Shown here piece by piece: positions 8,925 through 16,829 of a DNA stretch of 44,809 bases (the first letter of the stretch is position 1; the number at the start of each line of letters is the position of its first letter). A program made the translations under genes and the position numbers. This stretch comes from a virus (Duplodnaviria > Caudoviricetes), in IMG/VR virus record IMGVR_UViG_3300037755_001323, positions 1 to 44,809 of that record, one strand, 5' to 3'. The notes below the pieces were generated by a model. It made no database searches and was not told where the DNA came from. It was given only the letters and a program-made list of their open reading frames with translations.

Positions 8925-9653
8925 TCATCCCTGCAGTTGCAGGCCTCCGCTTCCGGCCGGGCAGAGAGTCGGGGCGTCATCGTCCCCGTCGTCGTCCCCG
9001 TCGTCTCGCCAGCCTGGCGGCGGCTCATCTTCATCGCGAAACCATTGCGCGTGATCGTAAAGGCACCCCTCGATCCGCTGGAGCGTGTCGTCGCACCAAA
9101 AGACCGACAGCGCGGCGGCCTCCTTCTCGCCGGCGGCCGTGAGGCCCCATTCGCAGCACGCGCAGGTACAACGAATTCTGGCGGCCGTCGGCGTCGGCCA
9201 GCTCGATCGCTCGGTTTGCACCAGGCCGCCCTTTTTGAGAACGGACATGGTCCGATTCTGAATCGTGCCGTGGAAGCCTCCCGCCGCGATGACGCGGCCG
9301 ATCGAGCATCGGCTCCACCACTTCCACCCGTTCGCGCGCTGGAGCTCCAACAGCGCCGCCAGCACCCGCTTTTGATGCGCGGTCAGCTTCGTGGCACACC
9401 CCCTATCGCTGCGTCCGCTTCCCATCCGCGTACCTCTGCGTCCTCCGCGGTTCGATTTGCCTTTTGCCTTTTGCCTCTGGCCCTTTCGGCGTACGAAAAA
9501 CCTGCTGGTCACCACGCGCAGGCCGTCGGCGAACTCGACCAGGATCGAATTCATCCGCCCCCGGCACACGACGCGACACACGCAGCCCGCCCTGTCGGGA
9601 AGCTTGGTCTTCACGCGCCAATAGTGATCAAACTTCACGGCGTGCCCCGTCAC
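8925..9653 (-). CDS. Hypothetical protein; probably two small domains joined by a repeat-encoded linker
   Basis: Linker KGQRQKAKGKSNRGGRRGTRM is encoded by TTTTGCC heptamers plus a GGA half repeat (9424-9483). Confidence 0.55.
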   Translation of the reverse strand: MTGHAVKFDHYWRVKTKLPDRAGCVCRVVCRGRMNSILVEFADGLRVVTSRFFVRRKGQRQKAKGKSNRGGRRGTRMGSGRSDRGCATKLTAHQKRVLAALLELQRANGWKWWSRCSIGRVIAAGGFHGTIQNRTMSVLKKGGLVQTERSSWPTPTAARIRCTCACCEWGLTAAGEKEAAALSVFWCDDTLQRIEGCLYDHAQWFRDEDEPPPGWRDDGDDDGDDDAPTLCPAGSGGLQLQG

Positions 9654-10342
9654 GGCAGCTTCTCCAGCGCGACGCCGTACCGCTCATCCTTGATCAGCAG
9701 CGGCCAGAATTTGCGCCCGTCTTTCTCGACGACCACCGAACTGTGCAAGCGGGTCGTGAGGTTCGCGGTATCAATCTCCAGCGGCCAAATCTGCACGCGC
9801 CGCCCGCCCCAGACTTTGATCGCGCGGGCGAAACTCCAGTAGTTGACCTGCCCCGGGTTCGCCCCCACATGGATGGCGTCGCGATTCTCGTCGATCGAGA
9901 TCAGCGAGGCGTAGGTGGACGGCTTGAGAATCACTCCGCCCGGGCTGAGCACGGCCGGAAACTCGACCCGAAAGCGATTGATCGTCGACGGCCAGGTGAG
10001 CGCGTAATCAGCCCCGAATCGCGTCAACCATTCGCGCTCGACCAATCCCCACGATGCGTCGTCGTGCGGGTTCCGCGCATCGAGCAGCACCGGGATGCCG
10101 CCCAGCGAGACTGCCGGCCGGTCGAGGTTGCCGTTGGTCGTGTTGAGGAACTGGATCGCTCGGGCCGCGTTGACCAGCCGCGCCGGCGGTTCGTAGCGAA
10201 TGATATCCGGCCCGACGTGCTCGCGCGTCGTGAGAATCTTGATCCCTTGATGCGGGTTGTAAGTCTCAAGCCGTTTTTCCATGGCGGCCAGAGACGCTCT
10301 CAGCGCAGCCACTTCGGCGGTCAGTTCAGACACGGTGGCCAT
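9650..10342 (-). CDS. Hypothetical protein
   Basis: 230-aa ORF with GGAGG RBS. Confidence 0.7.
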   Translation of the reverse strand: MATVSELTAEVAALRASLAAMEKRLETYNPHQGIKILTTREHVGPDIIRYEPPARLVNAARAIQFLNTTNGNLDRPAVSLGGIPVLLDARNPHDDASWGLVEREWLTRFGADYALTWPSTINRFRVEFPAVLSPGGVILKPSTYASLISIDENRDAIHVGANPGQVNYWSFARAIKVWGGRRVQIWPLEIDTANLTTRLHSSVVVEKDGRKFWPLLIKDERYGVALEKLP

Positions 10343-10345
10343 GGG

Positions 10346-11230
10346 TCACTTGCCCTCCGTGTTTTGCGGTTCTAGCGCGTTCACGGCGCGTCTGAGAAAA
10401 TCAAACTCGTACATCGCAAACACGCAGTCAGTTTGACGAGGGCTGCCCTCATCGAAAGGCACGTCATCAATCAACGCGAGCAATTCACGGCCAGCTTCGG
10501 CGAGTTGGTCACGTTCCTTCTCCAGCCTGTCGGCGCGCTCCTTCAGCATCTTGATCTCGCCGGCGGCCCACTCAACGGAAAACCAGTTTGTATCCGGTAC
10601 GCCTAATGCGCGTCCAATGTCACGCATCGAGGTTGAGGCAGCCGCTACATCCTGTTGAGACGCGGCAAGTGCCTCGGGGTCGGGCTGGGCCTGGCGGGTA
10701 GGCGTTGCCGGTTTCTCGTTAACGATCAAGCAGTCGCCGTCGAACTCAATCGTAGATGCGCCGCCATCCATCCATCCGATTGTGTCAGTCAGCCGCTGGG
10801 CGAACATGCACATCCACTCATCGGTGTTATGCTGCCGGCAGGTAAGAGCAAACCCAACGATGCGACCGACGGCGTGCTTCAGATCGTCTGGCACCGTTTT
10901 CACCGCCACCTGCGAGTCCCTTTCCGCTTCCGCCAGCCGCGCCTTGAGTTGGTCGCGCTCGCGTCGTAGCTGTAAATTCCAGTCAGCCAGCTGCCGACAG
11001 CGTTTGGCGAGTTCGGTTCGGTCCGCCTCCAACTCCCGCACGCGCCGCTCGCCGGCGACAAGCTGCGCGGTTGCTAACTTGACGACCGAACAGTCTCCTT
11101 CCCCCTCCGGTCTCTCAACCACGTCCTTCAATGTCGCCAGGTCTTGCACCATCTCCTGCAAGGCCTCGACCGCGTCGGCTACGTTCATGGCCTCGGTCCT
11201 TTCTCGGGTTGGTCGTAGGCTCATCGTCAT
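10346..11230 (-). CDS. Coiled-coil hypothetical protein
   Basis: ATG 11230 after GGAGG; heptad-rich. Confidence 0.65.
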   Translation of the reverse strand: MTMSLRPTRERTEAMNVADAVEALQEMVQDLATLKDVVERPEGEGDCSVVKLATAQLVAGERRVRELEADRTELAKRCRQLADWNLQLRRERDQLKARLAEAERDSQVAVKTVPDDLKHAVGRIVGFALTCRQHNTDEWMCMFAQRLTDTIGWMDGGASTIEFDGDCLIVNEKPATPTRQAQPDPEALAASQQDVAAASTSMRDIGRALGVPDTNWFSVEWAAGEIKMLKERADRLEKERDQLAEAGRELLALIDDVPFDEGSPRQTDCVFAMYEFDFLRRAVNALEPQNTEGK

Positions 11231-11274
11231 TCCCTCCAGATTTGCTATCCGCGTCCCTCTGCGTCCTCCGCGGT

Positions 11275-12378
11275 TCACCTGGGTTTTCTGCGGCTTTTCG
11301 CCCCAACGCCGTTTTGGCCACGTTTGGCGGCCGGAACCGGGGTTCCCGCGCCACGGGCGGCCCCGTTGGACGCGGGTTTCGCGCCGGGCGCGATCCGCTC
11401 GATCTTGACCACCTCGCGCAACACCAGCGGCTGCCCTACGTCGCTGCTGCGCAGCAGATCGCGGACGAACAGCTCTCCCGCGCATCGGTCTTCGAAGCGA
11501 ACGGCAGGCGGCTCGGCGGCGAACATGTGGACCGAGTACTCATCCAGCCGCGGCAAAAGGCGCATCCACCCGCACTCGATCGCTTCTCCGCCTGCCAGCG
11601 TGATCCGCAGTTCGTTGCCGGCCGCCGCGCCGTTGTCGTTCGACCCCGAGGCTCTCGACAGGCTGCCGTTGGCCGTGGCCCGCCGTTTTGCCTTCTTCTT
11701 GGACTTCGTTTTCGTGCCCGTCATGGTGGCTCCTTTCGAGTCGGGTTGACGCCCAGGGAAGGCTTTCCCTGGGTCGCGTTTCGGCTGCTTGGGACCTTCC
11801 TCTGCGTTCCTCTGCGTCCTCCGCGGTTTGGCCTTCGCCTTCGTCGCCTTCGTCTTCTTCGCCTGCGTGCCCTCCGCGCCGTTCTGCGGTTTGGCCTGCT
11901 CCGGCTCCGCATCCGGTTCGTCGTCGCGCAGATCGGCCAGTTCCCCGCCGGCCGCCAGGCTATCGGTGGAGATATCGCGGTCGGTCCATTCCTCGGCGAT
12001 CTCCAGCCAGCTGATCACGCCGCGGCGGCCGTCTTTCGACACAATGACGCCCGATTCGCAGGTCAGCAGTTTGACTTCGCCGGGCGCGTCGTGCCGAAAC
12101 TCGCCCACGCGGTTGAAGTGCAGATGGCGCCGCACCAGCTCCTCGGCGGGTCCCACGTCCAGGATGGCGCAATCGAGGCAGGCCAACGGGTGACGCTGAC
12201 GGATTACTTCGAGCGCTTCGGCGCGATCCTGATCGACGAGGTCCTCGATCGATGAGTCGGTCGGCGGCTTGACTTCGCCGGCCAGTCGGCGGGCGGCCGC
12301 GCCGTTTTTGGGCAGGCCCCGTTTGTGCTGCGGTTCGCCGCCCGGCTTGAGCGGGCGTTTCTTCGTGGCGGTCGTCAT
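11275..12378 (-). CDS. Hypothetical protein; possible internal start at 11724
   Basis: 367-aa ORF containing two in-frame repeat elements; internal GGAG-N5-ATG. Confidence 0.6.
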   Translation of the reverse strand: MTTATKKRPLKPGGEPQHKRGLPKNGAAARRLAGEVKPPTDSSIEDLVDQDRAEALEVIRQRHPLACLDCAILDVGPAEELVRRHLHFNRVGEFRHDAPGEVKLLTCESGVIVSKDGRRGVISWLEIAEEWTDRDISTDSLAAGGELADLRDDEPDAEPEQAKPQNGAEGTQAKKTKATKAKAKPRRTQRNAEEGPKQPKRDPGKAFPGRQPDSKGATMTGTKTKSKKKAKRRATANGSLSRASGSNDNGAAAGNELRITLAGGEAIECGWMRLLPRLDEYSVHMFAAEPPAVRFEDRCAGELFVRDLLRSSDVGQPLVLREVVKIERIAPGAKPASNGAARGAGTPVPAAKRGQNGVGAKSRRKPR

Positions 12379-12419
12379 GGTCTTTCACCGCCGTCGGCGG
12401 TGCCTCCGGGTTAAGCGGT

Positions 12420-12854
12420 TCATCCGCGTGTTTCCGCGTCCCTCCGCGGTTCGTGTTGTGGCGTCGCGTCGGGCGGCACGTAGTGCCAGCCGACGTCACG
12501 GTGCTTGGTTTCGGCCATCTGGTCGACGAGCTGCCGCTGGGCCTCGGAGAGCGGCTTTTGCAACTTGGTCACGCACAGGTGGTTGATCGTCGTGCCCAGC
12601 GTATGGGCCTCGTGGCGCAGCGCGGCGCGCATCTCAGCCGGGATGCGGAACCCGAACTCCTTGTAACCGGCCCGCGCTTCGGACAGCTTCTCGCCGGCGG
12701 CCAGCGGCGCGTCGAGTTTGACGATCGAGACCAGCGTACGCGAGGCGTTGATCGCGGCGGCCTCGCGGTCGAGCTCGGCCACCACATCGTCCGGCACCCG
12801 CATCGAGTGCTGCACGAACACGGTCCGGTCGGTCTTGATCACGATCGGCGTCAT
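12420..12854 (-). CDS. Tandem ribbon-helix-helix-like DNA-binding protein
   Basis: Two 'MRVPDDVVAELDREA' / 'FRIPAEMRAALRHEA..TTINHL' segments. Confidence 0.55.
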   Translation of the reverse strand: MTPIVIKTDRTVFVQHSMRVPDDVVAELDREAAAINASRTLVSIVKLDAPLAAGEKLSEARAGYKEFGFRIPAEMRAALRHEAHTLGTTINHLCVTKLQKPLSEAQRQLVDQMAETKHRDVGWHYVPPDATPQHEPRRDAETRG

Positions 12855-12949
12855 GCGGGTGTCTCCGTGGCCATTGGCTGGGCGGCTACGCTCATGTGAA
12901 TCAGACTCTCAGACTTCTCGGCTACGCTCCCCGCGGCGGCTACGTCGGA

Positions 12950-13033
12950 GAACCACGGATGGACGCGGATGAACACGGATCAAGACCCATGCCTTCGTTC
13001 CCATCCGCGCGTATCCGCGTATATCCGTGGTTC
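12950..13033. repeat. GGA-rich palindromic repeat, full 84-bp copy
   Basis: Inverted arms around the loop CAAGACCCATGCCTTCGTTCCC. Confidence 0.9.
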
Positions 13034-13060
13034 CCCCTTTCTTCTTCGGCTGCGCTCCTT

Positions 13061-13270
13061 TCAGTTCCTGCTCGGGTTTTGCGCCACGGCCAGCGCCACC
13101 GCGAACGGGGCTTGCGACAGTCGGCTGCGGACGACGTCCTGGAAGCTGGACTTGTAACGCCGGGCCTCGGCCTCGAGTTGTTCGAACGTGGGCCGGTCGA
13201 CTTCGACCAGGATCACATGTTTGTGGCTGCCGCCCGCCTTGTACAGCGGCGCCGTCTGGTTGGCTTGCAC
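13061..13270 (-). CDS. Small RHH-like protein
   Basis: GTG start after GGAG; VEVDRPTFEQLEAEARRYKSSFQDVVRSRL. Confidence 0.5.
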   Translation of the reverse strand: MQANQTAPLYKAGGSHKHVILVEVDRPTFEQLEAEARRYKSSFQDVVRSRLSQAPFAVALAVAQNPSRN

Positions 13271-13701
13271 TAGATTCTCCTTGCAAAAAACTGGCTCGCA
13301 TCCATAAAGTTTCGTAGCGCCCGGGTGTCCCCCTCTTCGTGGGCCTCGCCGTAGTCGGCGTGCCATTCGGCGTGTTCGTCGCGGTTCATCAACAGCAGCT
13401 CGTCGGCGGCCGGCAGCGTGCGTCGCTTGCCGGCCTGGCCGGCGATGTGGTGGACGACACAGCCGGCGGGGATCGTGCGGCCGTGGGCCAGCATCCACAC
13501 GAGTCGGTGCAGCGAGACGGCTCGCCGCCGGCCGCGGTGGTAGAACCGCACGTAGCGATAGCCGCGGTGGCAGACGTGCACCGAAAGCGGCACCCCGGCC
13601 GCGTTCACGACGGCCGTGTCGGACAGCGCGTACTTGCCGGCGGCGAACAGCCGCAGGACTTGTCGGTAGCTGAGCGATCGGTATTTGCGGCGGCGTTTCA
13701 T
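13270..13701 (-). CDS. HNH endonuclease-like protein (possibly degenerate)
   Basis: GYRYV...SLHRLVW...IPAGCVVHH...EH; the conserved Asn positions are not obvious. Confidence 0.7.
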   Translation of the reverse strand: MKRRRKYRSLSYRQVLRLFAAGKYALSDTAVVNAAGVPLSVHVCHRGYRYVRFYHRGRRRAVSLHRLVWMLAHGRTIPAGCVVHHIAGQAGKRRTLPAADELLLMNRDEHAEWHADYGEAHEEGDTRALRNFMDASQFFARRI

Positions 13702-14822
13702 CGCGTTGCCTCACATCCTTTCAAGCCTGCCGGCCAGGCGAGACCGCGGCGCAGGAACATTTTGCGGGCCGTGCCCACGAAGTATTGCCAGGCCGGGCCG
13801 CGCAGCGCCCCGCTGGTGCGCAGCCGCCGCAGCCGCAGCAAGATCTCGTCCAGCTCGCGTTCGGGAAACGCGCCCTCGACGACGGCCCGGGCCACGCGCA
13901 GGGCCGGCGCCGTGCGCAGGGCCGGATCATTCACGCCAGCGCGGATCTTGGCCAGCAGCGCCTCGGTGGCGTGCAGGCGGTCGGTTTGTCCCGGTAGCCG
14001 CACGGCCAACTCCGCGCCGCGAGCGCCCAACGCGTGTCCCGCGTGCAGCGGATCGTCGGCGTAGCCGGCCGTGCGGCGCTGTGACCGCTCGAGCGCGGCC
14101 AGCGCCTGGGTCTCGCGGTTCGGCGTTTCCGCCGAAGTGCGGCTGGGAACCGGCGTTTTCGCCGATTCGCGGCGCGCCTTAACCTTCGAAGGTTCCGAAG
14201 GTAAGACCGAAGGTGAAGGTGATGATTTAAGTTTACTCTCCGAAGGTAAAGGCGCGGCATCGGCGTTTTCGCCGATCGGGGCGGGGCGAATCGGCGGAAA
14301 CGCCGATTGGATCGGCGGATCGGCGGGCCTGGGAACGGGCCCAGACCCCGTTTTTTCCCGAGCGAACGTCCGATCACGCCCCCCCGGTGAATCGGCGTTA
14401 TCGCCGATCGGCGTTTCCGCCGATTCGTCGTCCGCCCCGATCGGCGGCTCGACCTGCGGCGGCACGCTTGGGCCCGGTTCATCGTCGGCCAGGTTGACTA
14501 ACAGCGGTCGATCGCTGTCGGACGTCCGATCACGCCCACCCGGTGAGACTTCTCGCGGATCCCAAACGTACACGCGCGCGCGGCCTCGATCCTTCTCGAC
14601 GATAGCGACCAGTCCCTGGTTCGCCAAACTCTCGATATAGCGGTGACCACTGCGTGGGCTGGTCTGCTGGTCGGCGGCCAGCGCGTCGTAGCGCACCCAC
14701 ACGTAGTCGGGCCGGCAGCCGGCCGCGCGCCACACGTACCACCAGGCGTCGCGCAGTTGCGCTCGCATCCGCCACAGCTTGATCACTTCCCAAGCCGGCC
14801 CTCGTTGATCGTTTGCGGGCAT
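13698..14822 (-). CDS. Replication initiator-like protein (N-terminal wHTH, low-complexity iteron-encoded linker)
   Basis: wHTH-like N-terminus (YDALAADQQTSPRSGHRYIESLANQGLVAI); internal iterons and an AT-richer patch, as in lambda O. Confidence 0.65.
   Translation of the reverse strand: MPANDQRGPAWEVIKLWRMRAQLRDAWWYVWRAAGCRPDYVWVRYDALAADQQTSPRSGHRYIESLANQGLVAIVEKDRGRARVYVWDPREVSPGGRDRTSDSDRPLLVNLADDEPGPSVPPQVEPPIGADDESAETPIGDNADSPGGRDRTFAREKTGSGPVPRPADPPIQSAFPPIRPAPIGENADAAPLPSESKLKSSPSPSVLPSEPSKVKARRESAKTPVPSRTSAETPNRETQALAALERSQRRTAGYADDPLHAGHALGARGAELAVRLPGQTDRLHATEALLAKIRAGVNDPALRTAPALRVARAVVEGAFPERELDEILLRLRRLRTSGALRGPAWQYFVGTARKMFLRRGLAWPAGLKGCEATR
14120..14423. other. Putative replication origin: six palindromic iterons TCGGCG-N4-CGCCGA around an AT-richer GAAGGT-repeat patch
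   Basis: Copies at 14120, 14151 (lacks the first T), 14260, 14291, 14392 and 14408. Confidence 0.7.
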
Positions 14823-14843
14823 CGTGCCGCCTTCCTTGGCTGC

Positions 14844-15191
14844 TTAGGCCGCGTCCTGCGTCGTTCGTTCGACAGGTCGTTCGACCCTGAGGCTCTCGAC
14901 GGGCCGCTTCGGCAGTTCCGACCGCCGGATGCCGATCTCCGGCCGTGCCGCGATGTGGAGTTTCGCGCGTGTAGGGGAGCACTGCAGAACGGTCACGCAG
15001 ATCGTGCCGCCGTCGGGCAGGTCGATCTCGACTTGTTCGTGTCGGCTACGGCCGACCACCAAACCGGCCCGCTTCGCGCTGCGCGGCTTGCGCGGCGCGT
15101 GGGGCGTTTTGTTGCGGGTTTTGCCGCGGGCGACCGCTTTCGAGTGTGCGCCGGCGGCCACTTTTTCGGCGGTAGGGTGTTTCCATCGCAT
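14844..15191 (-). CDS. Divergent CsrA-domain protein with basic N-terminal extension
   Basis: LVVGRSRHEQVEI...ICVTVLQCSPTRAKLHIAARPEIGIRRSEL aligns by eye with the CsrA pattern LxLxRK.GE.I.I...I.V.V......VRLGI.AP..V.I.R.E. Confidence 0.7.
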   Translation of the reverse strand: MRWKHPTAEKVAAGAHSKAVARGKTRNKTPHAPRKPRSAKRAGLVVGRSRHEQVEIDLPDGGTICVTVLQCSPTRAKLHIAARPEIGIRRSELPKRPVESLRVERPVERTTQDAA

Positions 15192-15234
15192 GTTCAAACC
15201 TCCGTGAAGTAGGGGTCAGGGGGTCGCTGGTTCG

Positions 15235-15540
15235 TCATCCGCGTGTTTCCGCGTCCATCCGCGGTTCGTGCGGCGCGCTGGCGTCGATGTCGGCGGCTTT
15301 GACGCGCCGCCAGTCGCGTTCGGTCAGGATGCGGATCGCTTCGTCGTCTTCGAACAACTGGCCGTTTTCGGCGGTGCGAACCTCTCGCCCCAGTACGAAC
15401 TCCTCGCCGACGGCGGTGATCCGCAGCATGATCGGCGTGGGCTCGTACGCGCAAAGGTACGTGCCGGGCCACCACCCTAGCTCCCGGCAGATATAGGCGC
15501 TCGATCCGCGCACCTGAAAAGACGTCCGGTCGTCAGCCAT
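15235..15540 (-). CDS. Hypothetical protein
   Basis: ORF with GGAG RBS; its C-terminus and stop are supplied by a GGA half repeat. Confidence 0.6.
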   Translation of the reverse strand: MADDRTSFQVRGSSAYICRELGWWPGTYLCAYEPTPIMLRITAVGEEFVLGREVRTAENGQLFEDDEAIRILTERDWRRVKAADIDASAPHEPRMDAETRG

Positions 15541-15736
15541 GGCGGGTTTCTCCTTTGGCCTTGGCCGCCGCGGCGGCCGCTTGGCGTTCCAGCGCCGCCA
15601 TATCCTGCACCGTCGGTCGCGCCCTTGACACGTCGAGCATCGCCTGCAGCATCTCGACCACGCGCAGCAGGTCGGGCGCGGCGGCCCTCAAGTGGGCGCC
15701 TGCTCGCGATCTCGGGGACTGGTTTCCATCCTTCAT
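15533..15736 (-). CDS. Hypothetical phage protein
   Basis: Contains the AHLRAAAPDLL motif common in small phage early proteins. Confidence 0.55.
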   Translation of the reverse strand: MKDGNQSPRSRAGAHLRAAAPDLLRVVEMLQAMLDVSRARPTVQDMAALERQAAAAAAKAKGETRHG

Positions 15737-15754
15737 CCTTCGGCCTTCATCCTT

Positions 15755-15860
15755 TACAATGGCCCCGGTCGGAGCGGCCCATTTTCCCAATGCGTGCCCT
15801 ATCCGGCGGCAGGTATTCCGCCAGCACCCCGACCGGGGCGTTTGGATGGTTTCGCCCGGC
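15755..15860 (-). ncRNA. Structured repeat R1 (three-way junction RNA or recombination site)
   Basis: About 80% identical to 16707-16812; 14-bp closing stem with G-U pairs on the minus strand; compensatory change in an inner stem. Confidence 0.6.
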
Positions 15861-16593
15861 TTTTAGTCGCATGTTTTTGCGCGGCGGCCTCGCGCGCGAT
15901 CTGATCAAAGCGTCGCTCCAACGCCGCATTGACCTGCGCGTATTTTTCGATCTTCTGGAGCTCGCGCAGGAACTCGGCTGGAACTCGTTTGTCGCGGATG
16001 GCGGCGGCCCTCACCGCGGGAAACTCCGATTGAGCGCAACTGAGCACAAATTGTTTGGGCACGGTGTCATTATTAAGAAATGCTCGCAGCGAGTCCGAGT
16101 CGAGATCGTCGAACGCACCGGCGATTAGTATCCAGTCTGCGGCCGAGAAGTCTGTCTCACTCCAAAGGTCCCGCAGATGACAGGCAACAAAAAATTCGCA
16201 ATCCCTAATCGCCCCCAGCTGCTTCTTCAATGGACCGATTTTGTCCACCTTCGCGTTAACTATTCTGTCTCGCGCTTCCCAGGGCACGATGTCATCCGGC
16301 ATTGTTAGCAGCAGGTCTAGTGGACAATTCGGATTATGCGCCACCGCGCGCGGAGAGCTGGCGGCATGTTGGCGCAATAGTGCAAGTGGAGCGGCCGCGT
16401 TTTGTAGTGCAGCATCCTTGACCTTGCTGTCCGGATCGTGAACCAACAAGCTGAGCAGCGCCTCTTCCTGCGTTTTTTGCGCGATCCCCAGACGAACCGT
16501 CGGATCGGCCAAATCTGTCCGATCGGCCAGCTCCTTAAAATACGAAACGATGTCAACGGTCTTCGGTTGGACTTTTTCGGTTAGCGTTGGCAT
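15799..16593 (-). CDS. LRV/HEAT-like repeat protein (low-GC cassette gene)
   Basis: ATG 16593 after GGAGA; repeats such as AVAHNPNCPLDLL and VRAAAIRDKRVPAEFLREL; stop lies inside R1. Confidence 0.7.
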   Translation of the reverse strand: MPTLTEKVQPKTVDIVSYFKELADRTDLADPTVRLGIAQKTQEEALLSLLVHDPDSKVKDAALQNAAAPLALLRQHAASSPRAVAHNPNCPLDLLLTMPDDIVPWEARDRIVNAKVDKIGPLKKQLGAIRDCEFFVACHLRDLWSETDFSAADWILIAGAFDDLDSDSLRAFLNNDTVPKQFVLSCAQSEFPAVRAAAIRDKRVPAEFLRELQKIEKYAQVNAALERRFDQIAREAAAQKHATKSRAKPSKRPGRGAGGIPAAG

Positions 16594-16706
16594 TCTGTCG
16601 TCTCCATTGCGCGTTAAAGAACAGCCGCCGGGGTCCGCTCGCCCGGCCGTGCGTGCGTTGTCCCCACCCGGTGAAAATGGGGCGCGCGAGAGCGAGCCGC
16701 ATCGTG

Positions 16707-16812
16707 TACAATGGCCCCGGTCGGAGCGGCCGGTTTTCCGTGGTGTGGCCCTATCTGGCAGTAGGCATCTTGCCAGGACCCCGACCGGGGCGTTTGGATG
16801 TTCCCGCCCGGC
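16707..16812 (-). ncRNA. Structured repeat R2
   Basis: Direct repeat of R1, 952 bp apart, 18 nt downstream of the integrase stop. Confidence 0.6.
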
Positions 16813-16829
16813 GCACGGGCGGGAGCCAA

